Of a DNA stretch of 64,000 nucleotides, positions 39,721 to 53,665 are shown one piece after another. Below the pieces are notes generated by a model. It did not search any database, was not told the DNA's origin, and was given only the letters and a program-made list of their open reading frames with translations. The translations under genes were made by a program, and so were the position numbers. Where the stretch lies: the NCBI RefSeq assembly GCF_009914755.1, contig NC_060926.1; one strand, 5' to 3'. The first letter of the stretch is position 1, and each line of letters begins with the position of its first letter. The DNA is from the human T2T-CHM13v2.0 reference genome, Homo sapiens.

Positions 39721-42247
39721 CACTTTTAAAATGTGTTATCACTTGCCTATTTGAGTACTTTGGGCTCTGTGCTGTGATGGTCTAGGACTAAAAAAGAAAG
39801 TAAATGGAGGGATGGTCCCTGCCCCCCAATTCCAGCTAATCTCCAGTCCCCATCTCTCTGTGTGCTGAGTCTATTGCAGAATAGTAGTAAAATTGGTACT
39901 AAGTACTTAGGGACAGTTCTTAGAATGAATATTTGATTTACCAGCTTCATTTACTAAGTGCTCTATCAAGCCTTTTCTGTTACAGCTGCCAGGAAGTCCC
40001 AGGAAGAGCCCAGCCACATGGCCATTCTGGCACTTAAGCTGGTGATGTTAAAGGATCTCTTTTTAAATTTATGTCATATCCGCTTAAGAAATTTCTGAAG
40101 CCTGGAAAACATTTTCACTGCGGAAAAGGTTAAGAATAAAAAATTAGGCAGAGTAGCATTTTTCTAAGGAGAAAACAATTCAGCAGATCAAAGGGCAGAT
40201 TATGCAAATTATAGTAATGGATTTGTATTTTCCCCTGGTGATCACAGAAGCCTGTCTGCAGAGAAAAGTGACTATACATCTGAAAATATCCAGATTAAGG
40301 ACTGACAGTGACCGTGCAAGTAGAAAGGAATTATCTCCTGTAACCCCCAACCCACCAAGGTCCTTTGAAGATACCACTGCTATCAAAACAGCCTTGCTAC
40401 GGAGGAGAGCGCTAGCTGGGACTTCCAGCTTTTCAGAAGCATGAGATATGCCCCTAGTTGAGAACTAACAGCTGAAACCAACTACAGTGAAGGCACCAAA
40501 GAAGACCAATTCCCAGACTAGGGGTTGAGAGCTCAAGACTCATTCTAGGCTCTGCCCCAAACCCCATTTTGGTCTCGGACATGTCCTTCAGATTCTTTCT
40601 GGGAGTGCATTCCTGGTGATTCTGCTTCCCATATGTGCTTCCAATTGTCATCTAGCAGGTACGATGCCATCATATCTGCAGAACAGAGGAACTATTTACC
40701 CCTGGCAATATTTTTATCCACAAAAGTAAGCCTTCCTCTCCATCATTTTCTCCACCTCTGCCTAATTTTAGTACATCTAATGGGACAAAGAATATGCTTT
40801 TTTTGAGCAAGTCATAAGTTTTCTCCAAATCCTGGCTCCCTTTTCTGAACAATAGGAATAGTAGTACCTACCTTCCACATTGTTCTGAATATTAAATGAA
40901 ATACTATTGGCTGCTTATTAACAATTTCTGGTTTCCTCATTATTTTGCTCTTTCATTTAACCTGTAGTACTCATAGCTCTTCTTCATTCTAGAAACAATC
41001 TCACAAATCATTTAATTTCCTTACATGCAGGTGCTCTGAAGTTCATTGTCTCAGTGGCCTATAGCAGGAGAAGCTGAACCCCCTGATGTCATGGAGGGGA
41101 CTTTGTACGTGTCCCTGATCCCACTTCACCAGCCTTGCAAAACCAGGGCCTATCTCACTGTCCACCTCATCTGACCCTCTGTCCCCGAGCCTGCTCCATG
41201 CCTTGCCCAGCACACATGGGACAGACAATTCCATTGGTAAGAACCGTCCCTTCTTCATTTGCTCCTCCTGGAGGTTTTAGGCTGGGCTGGACCCACAAAT
41301 TGTGCTTGAGGGTAGCAGGCAGATGTCCCTCAAAGGTTAGAGAGGAGTCGATTGTAGTGTTGGTTCACAGCTCTTCTGTCCCTCCCATCCTGTATGGCTT
41401 CCTTTGGGCAAGGAGTGCCTCCCTCCCCACTGAACTGGGCTTGGCCACATGACTTACTGTGACCAATGAAACGTGGGCCGGGGCGACTGTGTGTCCACCC
41501 TGAACAGCTGCTTTAGGAGGTCTGTTTGGTGACATTGGCTCTCTTGTGGCCCTACAGTCTCCCTGTTGGTTAATATCCAAAATTCCCATATTGAGGAGTT
41601 CCCCGCCTTGGTTCAGGTGATAGCTGCCCCTTACACAATGATCTGACACAAATTCAGCACCAACCCTCCCTTTATCACGCCCCTTGGCATGGGTAGGCCC
41701 CACTATGGCACCTCTGGGGCTATCGGCTGCTTGTAACACAAGCCCGAGGCCACCTGCCGAAGCCCTTTCCCTTCCTGTCTCATCTCTGAGGCCATAAGTG
41801 ACCTCATGACTTGAGACAAGGCCTTAGATACAATTGCTTTCCCAAAGTCCCATGACATTTCAACAAGCATTGCATCCTTGCAATGGGCCACTCCTTCCCT
41901 GGCCTCTGTTAAATGGCAGACCCTCCTTGCAGGGAGCATTGAGTTGTCTGGTGAATGCCTTTGCCTTCTGAGGCAGGTGCTCTTGAGCAGAACAGTCCAG
42001 TTGTCAGGAGCTGGTCCTGGGAGGTTGGGGCAAGGAGGCAAGGATGACTCTCAAGATACATGGCCACTTCTCTGGTCTGCATTGAGCTGGTTCCAAGGAG
42101 CTCCAGGTGGGGGTCCCTCTAATTCCTGCTCATTTGCCCAGTCCTGATTTTAACACAGCCCTTTCAGAAGCAGGGCACCAGGCTTCTGATCCTGTTTTTC
42201 TGGCACTGAAACAGGAAAGCAGAGTAGGCAGTAGAAGGTGCTAATAG

Positions 42248-42766
42248 CAGCGGTCCCCAGCCTTTTTGACACTGGGACTGATTTCATGGAAGACAATTTT
42301 TCCACAGACCAGGGAGGTTGGAGGGGGGATAGTTTTGTGGTTTGGGGATGATTCAAGCCCATTACATTTATTGTGCACTTTATTTCTATTATTATTACAT
42401 TGCAATTTACAAATGAAATAATTATACAACTCACCATAATGTAGAATCAGTGGGAGCCCTGAGCTTGTTTTCCTGCCACTAGACAGTCCCATCTAGGGGT
42501 GATGGGAGACCGTGATGGATCATCAGGCATTAGATTATTATAAAGAGCATGCAACCTAGATCCCTTGTATGCATAGTTGACAGTAGTGTTGGCACTTCTA
42601 TAAGAATCTAATGCCATCTGCCGCTGATCTGATAGGAGGCAGAGCTCAAGCAGTAATTCGAGAGATGGGGAGTGGCTGTAAATACAGATGAAGCTTCACT
42701 CACTTGCCCACAGCTCACCTCCTGCTGTGTGGTACCGGTCTGTGGCCTGGGGGTTGAGGACCCCTG
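42248..42766 (+). mobile_element. MER1A hAT-Charlie element inserted in a MIR
   Basis: cagcggtccccagcc ... ggttgaggacccctg TIRs, about 520 bp; TSD-like tgcta(a)tag/tgctacag. Confidence 0.92.
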
Positions 42767-45537
42767 TGCTACAGCATAGAACACCCATGCTGATGCCAAA
42801 CCACCCAGGTTCAAGGCTACCTCCTCCTCTCACTAGGTGAGTGACCTTGGAAAATGCATGTAGCTTCTCTCTGCTCAGTTTTCTCAAGACTTCAGCAGGA
42901 ATCATGACTAGAGGTAGAGTGAGCACGTGTTTGGGGTTGTCCAGGACAGTCCTACTTAGAAATCTCGAACACTGTTGAGTATAGCAGGAGCTGTCAGGAG
43001 TCTGTTACACAGTAGAGCTGAAGCCCCTGAAACTTCGCCTGGCACACAGGAAAGGCTATGTTCCTTACTCAATACTTTCGTCATGGAGCTATCAGCAGAG
43101 AGGCTGTCCAGGGGAGGTTGCACATCCCCCATGGAGGCTGGGAGGAGTGCTGCTGTTTCCCCCGGCTGCTATTGTGAGGTGCATCCATTACTTCCTGCAT
43201 AAATCCGAATTAAAGGAGTTTTCACTGGGTCTGTGCTCGGAGGTAAGTGGGCAGAAGATGAACAGATTATTCAGGGTGTGAGAAGGCAGGCCAGGAGGCT
43301 GGGTATCAGGGACTTTGAGTGGACAAAGAGGCAAGAAGAGAAACAGGCAGATGAGCAGGCCAAGGTGACGTACTTTTGTTGGAAATGCCATTGGCCGCCA
43401 ATGGAAAAGGAGAGAAATGAAAGCCACCCCAACCCTGCTTTAGAGCTCCACTTCTTTGGTTTGCAAATGTAAAAATTGCCCAAGAGGAACTTGTCTCTAA
43501 ACTGGTGCTTGGTCCTGCTTAGTCCCCAGCCATGAGGTAGGACCCATGAAGCATGAGGATAATATTCTTTCTCAGCCCAGTCAAGTTCACCCTGGGGTAG
43601 CAGGGAGGTCAAGGACCACGGGGAGAGTTTCATCCTGATGAGCTCACCTGTGAGGCAGCTGACTGGGCAAGGGCTTTAGGGACTCTGGGAAGCATAATCC
43701 TGTAATTGGGTTGATAGTTCAAGGACACAGGTGCATCTTTGCTCCTCAAAGGGTTGAGTTTGGTTGGAGAGATGTGGCAAATTGGAAAATGAGATTTATG
43801 CTCTGTTAGTAAGATTAGTCATTGTTCACCTAGGCAGCAGGTCATCAAAAACACATACTCCAGGGTTGAAGGAGGGAGTCCAGACTCCTCATCATCGATT
43901 ATCAATTAATATTGACAGAACTCCCACTGTGGAGTGGGAGGCAGGTGTAACCAGGGATTTCTCTAAAATAACACTTTAGTGAGGAAGGGACAGAAGAGTT
44001 TGAATACATCTCAAAATGATCTGTAGCTAGTAATAATAATGAAACTAATATTTTAATCCTGCAAAGGAAAGATAAAATCTGCATATCACATAATAATGAA
44101 GAAATTGGGTCCACACATAGGAAAAATGCTGCAAAAATAAAGAAAGCCAAAACTTAAAAGTCTGGTTGATCAGCCTAACCCTGTGGCCAGGTTCCTGGAC
44201 TGTTCTTTTTTCTCCTGAGATGTTTGTGTTGTTTGCATCACTGTGACAATAGAATAAGAATGTGGCACCTTGAGGTGAACTCAAAGTCATCTTCACTCTC
44301 TGCTCAGTAAGGGGAAAGGCATCCACTGGGGAGTCAGAGGCTCAGTGGAGAGGCTGGGCATTGTCTAGGGTTGAATCCTGACACTGAGGCTCCGGACAAA
44401 TTGCTTGCCTCTATGAGGCCTGACTTCCTGATCCATGACGCCTGCCTTGCAGGGTCTTCTGAAGATGACCCAACAGGAAGCTGAGCCACAGCAGGGCTCA
44501 TCCCACGCTAGGTCCTTCTTCTCCCCCTCCCCCTGCATTTTCTGTGTGTGAAGGAAGAGCTATGGGGGAGGGAGTAGTACAAGATCCAGACTCATGATCT
44601 GTATGATTTTAGCAAAAACCCCCTAAGGATTTCCCAAGACACACATAGAATTGGAATTAAAAACATATATGCTCCAAATGTGTCTATTGTTGGCTATTTA
44701 ATAATACAATTCTGATCTAAGTTAAAAAGAAGAAGAAAAATAGCCATATCTTTGATTCTGTCTTGTAGTCAACATTTTTCAATACCCAAGAAAGCCTTTT
44801 TGAAGTTTACCTTCCAAAAGTTGATGTTTGGTTTTCAACATTCTCCATACTAAATAAGGTCATTGGGGAATTATTAAAAAAAAATACAAGTCGTTGCCAC
44901 ATGCAATTTTGTTGTTGTCATTCTTCTAACAGTTTTCTTTATGAAAATAAAAATCATTCTTGGTCTTGTCCTCGCTTGAAACTATTAAAAAAATATATAC
45001 TATACACACGTCTCTCACAGAGCTTTCAAGTTCTACCTAGTAGGAACCATCCCCCACCACTTCAGCCCTGGCAGAAATTTAGGTTGACACCAACTAAAGG
45101 GCCTAATTCATAGATTTTGTTAAAGAGTCACTGCTTTATTCAATGTCTTCACAAAACACACAGTGAGGGCACAGAAGCACACCACCACTGTAAAAACCTT
45201 CTGATCTTCCCTTTGACCCCTCCCTTCCTTTCCCTCCCATTAAATCTTTCTTGAAGCTAATTTGGAAGAGGGAGCCCTGAAAAGCCTTTCTACTTACCCA
45301 ATAGATGGTGGAAGTGTGCAACACATTTCTGGGAGAAGTTCTACATTGTGAAGTTATTATATCATGTATCTTGCTTAATTCAGGTGTAACTATAGCAACT
45401 GCCTGTAATTGGAGATCAGTGAAGAGTAATCTCTCAGGAAAATTAGTTTTGCCTTAGGCCACTTTAATTAAAATATAAATATTTTGAGGAAGGAACAAGT
45501 TAGATTTTTTTAAAAGGGGAAAGTAACAAGGAGAAAT

Positions 45538-45612
45538 TGTGTGTGTGTGTGTGTGTGTGCGCGCGCGCGTGCGTGTGTGTGCGTGCGCGCGTGCGCGCGC
45601 ATGCGCACGTAT
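45538..45612. repeat. Compound (TG)n/(CG)n alternating purine-pyrimidine tract
   Basis: 75 bp of unbroken RY alternation, 15 CpG. Confidence 0.97.
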
Positions 45613-45879
45613 CTTCTTTACTTTTCTGTCATGGGCCACAAAGCTGGGAAAACTATCAACATAAAATAAAAATGTTCTTGAAAAAGAAACATTTAATAAC
45701 ATTCATTTTAAAATGCATTATTTAAACACATGTTTTCCTCTATATGCATGAACTCTATTACAACAAGTGATATCTGTTTGGAGAATGAAATAAAACTCCC
45801 ATTACTACTGAGGATTGGGAGGCAGTATGGATTCTTCCAGGGGGAGGCCTGATTGGGTAACAGATGCCAGCAGCATTGT

Positions 45880-46075
45880 GGATGCCAATGGCGTTCCAGT
45901 CCTCTACCGCCAGCAGTTAGCTACATAATCTTGAGCAAGTTTCCAAACTCTGAACCGAGGTTTCCTCATCAAAAAAGGGAAGTAATAGCACCAGCTTCAT
46001 AGGGTTGTTTGTGGAATGAAGATAATGAGTGAAAAGGACTTGGCACGGGAGAAAGTCAACACATGTTGGGTTTTA
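45880..46075 (+). mobile_element. MIR
   Basis: tcttgagcaagtttcc...gtttcctcatc...cttcatagggttgtt. Confidence 0.7.
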
Positions 46076-47689
46076 ATCTCATCGCTAGAAGTTTCATCAG
46101 CGAGGCGGAGCTGACGTGATCAGGATGGGTTGCATGGAAACTTGGGTCCTGAGACTCACTCTTCCAGGAACAGCGAGGAAGTCTCTTCCCCTGTCTGTGC
46201 TCCAGCTCCCTCACTTACGGTCTCAGGAGATCCGACTAGACCTCATTTAAAATTCATCCAATCCCCCAGTCCTGTGCTTCAAATTCAGCCTCCACTAAAT
46301 ACTCCTTGCCATTGTCTCATTTACTTTTCGGAAGGGCCCAATAAAGTGGAGATCGGCCAATCTGTTTGTCCCAGGCAAGGACACCAGGATTCACAGAGGG
46401 TCTCAGAGCCAGGCTGGGGAGGAGCTGAGTGTTGGCCCCACTGACTCACACCTTTCTGATTCTCCTGAGTTCAGAGTATGTGCAAGGAGATTCAATCAGA
46501 GGCACGTTGCATACCTCATTAAGCTGAGGCCACGACCCAGAGTCCAGATTGGTCCCTGAGCTCAGAGTCCATTGACTGGCTTCTCCCACGGGGTCCCCTT
46601 TGCCCTGTGTTCATCCACGTGTCCTCTCAGTCATCTGGCAGCTAATTAGCCTGGAAATGACAGCCTGGACACTGATGTAAGGTTATGATTCCCAAGCTTC
46701 CCTTGGAGCTGTGAATGGTGACTCTGTGAACACATTTACCAGGATTCGTATGGAGGAATTCTGATTCATTTCAGATTTTTTTAAAAGTCAAAACACATGC
46801 CCCTTCAACCCCCAACATAATTGAACGTTTAAAGAGCCTGGGTGGTTCCATTTATTAGAATCACTTGGGGAGAATGTATTGAATCTGTTCAATGTACGAT
46901 TCTCTTAAATGGATAATTCTATTAAAAGAAGGGGAGAAAATCTTTCTCACAAAACTCCTAATTTAAGTTCAACAATTCCATAATATTTAGTGAGAATGTA
47001 GAGTGCATAGGGAAAATTAAGCCAAATTATTGCCGTAGATTTGACACCATAGATTTGAGGAGTGTGTTGGGTGCCCCATTGCCTATGGTGGTGCCAGCTT
47101 TGCCTGTCGCCCAGACAACCCTGGGAGTGAGCAGAGTGACCTGGGGCTTGGAGGGGCACATAACTTCAGGGTCTTGGGGAAGACTAGCAAGTGAACAGGT
47201 TATTCTTGAAGGATGAGCAAAACTTACAGGGTGAAGAAATGAGAGGATGGTCTTTAAGGCCGTGGCCATAACACAGAGGTCAAGGCTTTAGCCCTCAGGT
47301 GGACGGGGTCAGGTAAGGTGAACTGACAAGCTGGCCTGCTGGGTTCTTCAGGAAACAGACTTAGACCCAGGAACATGTCGGTGATGACATCTGAGAAGGA
47401 AAAAGATGGCACAGAGCTCCCCTGCCCCCACGAAGTGCTTCCCATTGATGGAGGCCTACACTGGTAGACAGGGCTAGGCCCTTTTACCATAACCCCCCAC
47501 CCTAGTCCCACCCTACACAGTCTGGGACCTCCCTGAGAAGAGTAGGACCTGGATTCAAAAGCCAAGGGTGGGCTCTGAAGGAGCCGACAGGTGGAGGATC
47601 CAGACGACCACCTCCTGTTGAAGGCAGCGCTGAGCGACATCTCTATGCTGGCCACAGTGAGATCCAGCAGTGACAGGAGTGAAAGCTTA

Positions 47690-47900
47690 TAGAGGGCATG
47701 GTATGTCTCCTGCCGAGCACGTTCCCTTCATTATTTCACTCAACCCTCAGGGGAGCCCGGTAAGGGAAGTGCTGTTAGAATGATTCCCGTTTTCCAGGTG
47801 AGGGACATGGCTCGGGAAGGTAACGTTAACTCAGAACCACAGGCATGCAGCAGGAGCAGTACAACCCCAGCCCTCCACATGCAGAGCTGGTGGTTTTAAC
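47690..47900 (-). mobile_element. MIR
   Basis: cattatttcactcaaccctcag...cccgttttccaggtgagggac. Confidence 0.6.
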
Positions 47901-48094
47901 AGGATGCAGGTGCCCGGAGAGGCAGACCAGGGCCAAGCCACCAAGGCAGGAGACCTGGTCAGAGGGCTGTCACAGCCCAGCCCAGAGCAGGGGCAGGGTC
48001 AGCTAAAGAAGAAAGGATGGCTTTGAAAAAGCTTCCAAGGACAAACTTGCATGGTGCTGTCTCCACACAGATGCATTGGGTTAGAAAGGTGTAA

Positions 48095-48529
<435 letters not shown>

Positions 48530-48982
48530 TAATCTGCTTACATTCTATTCACAATACTTGTATTTTATTTATTTAACTTACTGAATAGGTCATACATTCA
48601 CAACTTTTGAAGGGCAAAAGTATAAAGGTATATATACAGAAAATAAATCTCTCCCTTTTCTCTGATTCCCTCTAATTAGTTCCTGCCGTACACTATACCC
48701 AAGCATCTATCCAGTGCTGTCAAACATTTTTGATGCATTCTTCTAGAGCTTTTAAATGTACATCGAAGCAAAGATGAACAACATACCCATCCTTTTGCCC
48801 ACAAGTTAAAGCATTCTATATATGTAATTCTAATTTTTCCATATTAGTACATAAAGGTCTATCTGATACTTTTTCACAGCACCATCTGTTCCACAGATTG
48901 GATGTAATACATTTGGTTTATCTATCGATGAATATGTACTTGGGTTTTTTTGTTTTTTTGCTATTAAGAATACTACCACTAT

Positions 48983-49108
48983 CATGCAGCAAACCCACAT
49001 GGCACATGTATACCTATGCAACAAACCTGCACGTTGTGCACATGTACCCTAGAACTTAACGTATAATAAAAAATAAAAAATAAAAATAAAATATGAGCTA
49101 CAAAAAAA
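48983..49108 (+). mobile_element. Very short L1PA 3' tip with double A-tail
   Basis: catggcacatgtatacctatg...catgtaccctagaactt; TSD aagaat(a/t)ctaccactat at 48966-48982 and 49109-49125. Confidence 0.92.
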
Positions 49109-49140
49109 AAGAATTCTACCACTATGAAAAACTTATTCTT

Positions 49141-49448
49141 GGCCAAGCATAGTGGCTCACACCTGTAATCCCAGCACTTTGGGAGGCCAGGGTGGGAGGA
49201 TCACTTATCATTTGAGCCCAGGAGTTCGAGACCACCCTGGGCAACATGGCAAAACCCCATATCTACGAAAAACACAAAAATTAGCTGGGCTTAGTGGCTC
49301 TTGCCTGTAATCCCAGCTACTCGGGAGACTGAGGTGGGAGAATCACCTCAGCCTAGGAAGTTGAAGCTGCAGTGAGCTGTGATCATGCCACTGCACTCCG
49401 GCCTGGGTGATGGGAGTGAGTGAGACCTTGTCTCAAAAAAAAAAAAAA
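49141..49448 (+). mobile_element. AluJ
   Basis: tgagcccaggagttcgagacc, gaagctgcagtgagctgtgatcatg J-type diagnostics. Confidence 0.93.
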
Positions 49449-49479
49449 GTTCTTTATTTGAAAAGTTTTAGTTTGCTGT

Positions 49480-50340
49480 CTATCTGTGGTGATACTCTCT
49501 AATTCCAAATGTTATATGTTTTAATTTCTTTCTTTTTTTCCCTTGATCACATTTCCCCAAAACAACTCTATTTTGTTAATCTTTTCAAAGAGCTGGATCT
49601 TCACTCTATTTATTATTTCTATGCATTTTGTTTCTAACTTATTGTGTTCTTCTATCATGATTAATACCTGCTTTTGCTTATTTTTGTTTTTATGTAACTT
49701 TTTGAGTTGAATATTTCTTGTTAATTCTTAAAAATATTTCTTCTTTAATAGTAAAGGTTTTTAAAGCTTTGAATTGACAACACTATTTGTAGTTTTGATT
49801 TGTATGTTTGATTTGTATTTTTCTCATTATTATTAATTTCTAACCCATCTGTAAATTTACTTTAACAATAAATTGATTTATTTTTTGACTCAAAACTTTT
49901 GAAAGAGTGCTTTGAAAATGTCCCAGGATACTTATAATTTATATTTCATTATTTGTTTGCAGCCTATTTTTAGATTTAATACAAATGGTTAAATAATGAG
50001 ATGTGTAATTTCTACTTTGAGGTAAGTAATCAAGTTTTCCTTTAGCCTACATATAGCCAAATTTTATAAATATTCCCTGGTTATTTGGGGGGGAAAAGCC
50101 TCTATTAGTGTCTATTAGAAGGGTACAAAATTCATTGTATCTATTAAAATAAACATGTTAATTGCAATGTTCATATCCTTTTTTCTTTATTTCTTGCTTC
50201 TGGCAAATTCTGAATTGGTGCATTCATGTCTTGCATTGTTACTGTGTCTTGATAATTTCTCCTCGCAATTCTAACAATTTGCAATTACACATATTTTGAT
50301 GCTATGTTGTTTGTGCATCAAAAGTTTTATGACTTAACTT
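49480..50340 (-). mobile_element. Ancient L1M ORF2 fragment
   Basis: T-rich antisense L1 body (ctattttgttaatcttttcaaagag, atattttgatgctatgttgtttgtgcat). Confidence 0.65.
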
Positions 50341-50959
50341 ATGGCATAGCATTTCTATGGAGTGTAAAAATAAGGGCTAAAGAGCTGCATTTGCTTTTCC
50401 TTATTTCTAGACCAGGCCAGGGCACAACCCCTGACTCTAATGTAATCTCTTTAACCATCAAATTTGACCAAACCACACATGGTGCCCAGATATCAATTTG
50501 CTCAGTAATTTCACTGATGACTCAGAAACTCAGCCAGTGTCTTTTCCCTGAATGTAATCCAGTCATTTTATGGAGCTCATTAACTATTCCAAGATATTAG
50601 TTTACAATTTTTTAAATGACAGGGTCACCATAACAACATAAGCACAGTCTAATTGGTACCCAGACATGAGTTTCTACTCTTGGCAAGATTTGCCCTTTTT
50701 CTTCAAAAAAAAAGTTTACTGTAAAGATTTAAAACTCAACCGCAGTTGGAATAGTTTCTAAAGAGGTCAAGTCAAACTGCAAAATTAACATTTTGCCTTG
50801 CTACATAAAGTTTTGTCCAGCACAGTAGGAAAGAAATTTAAACACGTTTCAATTTGGAGAGGTAATTAAAGGGATTTTTTTCCCTTTTGATGTCACTTTT
50901 CCAGCAAAACCTTTTTTAAAGTATCTTTATATATACACTTTCATGCCCTTGAGCTACCA

Positions 50960-51345
50960 TTCCACAGCCACAAATTCCTGGAAGTGGAATTCTCCTATCA
51001 AAGGATGAGAAAGTCAAAGTGTTGATATATAATTTTAAAAGGATCTTTGAGACACTTATCTCAATCTACAAATTTAGTGTGCAGCTGTATCTATATCCGC
51101 CTACCCTGACTACACCAGATAGCCTCAATTTCATGTTTCCAATTTGGCAGAAAAAATATTTCCCCACTTTAATTGCATTTCTTTCATTGATAGTAAGTTT
51201 AAACATTTTCCTAAATTTAATAGCCATTTGTGTTTCTTCCATTAATTGCTTGTTCATATGCATTGCCCATTTTTCTCTTGGTTTTCTTTCTTATTTAAGA
51301 GCTGTGTATAGACATATTAATCTTTTGTCGTATTGATGATATTTT
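50960..51345 (-). mobile_element. L1ME-like fragment
   Basis: ttcctggaagtggaatt, ttaattgcatttctttcatt, ttgttcatatgcattgcccatttttc. Confidence 0.65.
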
Positions 51346-53359
51346 TAAAACATTCTATATTCCATCCCTGTGCACATATGGACTTGGCTGATTTTCTTCC
51401 CAATCATCTCAATATAAAGACATTGCAAAGTCGATTGCTATTGTTCTTCTATTTACACTTGATAAGAACAGAACTCGAAGTTAAGTGGATGTAAATGGAC
51501 CTAAAAACCAGGATTATGTTCTGAAGTTCCATTCACTTGTCATCTTCAGTCCTCCAAGATCTTGCTGCACACGTTTTTCAGGATGTCTGTGGCTCCATAC
51601 AGTGTGACCAACTTTCACTGACCTCGGAGAAATCTACTGTCCCCCAAACCCATAACAACCCTTATCCTAATCTAGGACCAACTTAGTTTAAGGTCCTGCC
51701 TCCTTAAATTCATGGAGTTTCGGTTTTCAAGAATACCTATCTATGTTCAATCTTAAGGGAAAATCTATTATTTTATTTGGTTTGGTTTGCATTCGAGAAA
51801 CCAGAGAACACTGAGTTCTGTGGATGGAGACGAGACGGTCCTGCGGCAAGTCTGCCTTCCATTTGGTATTTGCCATGAACACTGGGGAGCTCTGATCATG
51901 ATCACAGAACCTTCACTGCAAATTTCCCTCCAGAGAATGAGGTTGACCAGATACGCATATCATGTTATTAACAGTCTTTAGCTGATGCCAGCCTGCTGAA
52001 CTGTTTCAGAGAGGAACCAGGAAAAGCTAAAACACCACAGTGTCTTGTTTCACTGCCACAGCACAAAACCAACATCTCTCTTTTAGAACCACCACATTTC
52101 TTTGGTGAGTAGACATTTGTGGACAGGGAGCAAACTGCCTAGCCCGGTCATAAAAGCCACTGCCAATAAGCTAGTATAATTACAGGGTGGCAGAATCGTC
52201 TAACACAGCAGCATGCCTAGGCCATGGATGGTCTTTGTTCCAGTGCCGTGTCTGTGGCCATCCCTGTCCAGGCTCCAGCTGTAGGTTGATTTGGACTGTT
52301 CACCATGCGCAATTTCTAGACCACTGAAGCTCTCGTTTACTTTTTGTTTGTTTCACTCTGGGCTTTAGAGACTCTCGAAAGCGGCCACAGTCCAGCAAGG
52401 TCAACTTTGGGCAACTCAAATTTCTGTACAGTGAATGCCTTGAGTGCAGGGAGGAACTGCTCCCTAATATGGTGGGTGCCCGAGAAGGGTTTGTTGAATT
52501 CAGCCGACTCTGTGTAAGATTTTCTTAAGAGGTAACAACATCAGTTCACGAGTTAGAGAGGAGTACGGGGGCCAGGGCAGAGATGGAGGAGGAAAGCATG
52601 CGAATCTATAGTCAGAGCGCTGGCTTGAGACACTGACTATCCTCACAGCGATCTTGATCAAGACGCCTCCACTTCCCTCTGTATCCCAGTTTCCTCATCG
52701 GTAACAGAACCCATCCTGCATGGCACTGTGAAGATTAAACTGGATAACACATTCAGGGCCTTACTGTGCCTAGACAAATCAAAGAAATCAGCTGCTGTCA
52801 ACATTGTCAGTGCGGTGCTCACCCCCTCACTGGGGACACATGGCCTGCTGATTCAGCCCAGCTGTGTCGGGTGCTCCAACTGCTTCTACCTTCCTGGTCC
52901 TCTGCTGGCCCAGCTCCCTTCAGCTCTAGTTTCAGGGGTGATCAGACCACCTCTGTGTGTTGCTTACGATTCAATGATAAATACTGTTTGTGAATTCAAA
53001 TTATGCAAATTTGAAATTATATATTATTTTTAAATTAATACAACTTAACTATATGCAAATATTTTGAATAATACAATGCCTTAAAGCCCAAACATCAAGA
53101 GTCACCTAATTTCAAGGCTGGCAAGCTGCAGGACTTTGAAACCGCGTCTTTGCCATTGCGGCAAGGTGGTGCTGTGTGAGCTGGTGGGCAGCCGCGCCTG
53201 GATTCCTCTGCCCAGGTCACCCTTGGATCAGGCAGATTTGAATTATTCCACAGCTCAGGAGTGCATCCTTTTCACGGAGGCTTCTTCCCAATGTGTGTCA
53301 CGACAGCTACTCCTAGCAATGCTTCCATTCCTGCCACCAAGGCTATTTGGTACAGTTCA

Positions 53360-53660
53360 GCAAACTCACTGAACAACTACTTTGCACCAGGTACTCTCCT
53401 AGTTGCTAGAGATGCAGTAAGAAGTGAGACACATTCCCCTGAGAAGCACATGCTCCAAGGCCAAGAACAGCCCATAAATGCGATGCCAATGTAATGTGAC
53501 AAAAGTGATAGCAGGAAGTGTGCAAGTGGGTGTGCAGAGGCTGGCCCAGGGGGCCGCAAACGCTTCCTGGAGAAAATAACCCAAGATTTTAAGGACCGAA
53601 AGGGATTAGCCAGGTGAAAAGCAGGGGAGAAGAGGGAGAGGTGAGACAAGAATTCAAGGC
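53360..53660 (-). mobile_element. L2 3' fragment
   Basis: ttcagcaaactcactgaacaactactttgcaccaggtact L2 tail motif. Confidence 0.65.
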
Positions 53661-53665
53661 AGGTC

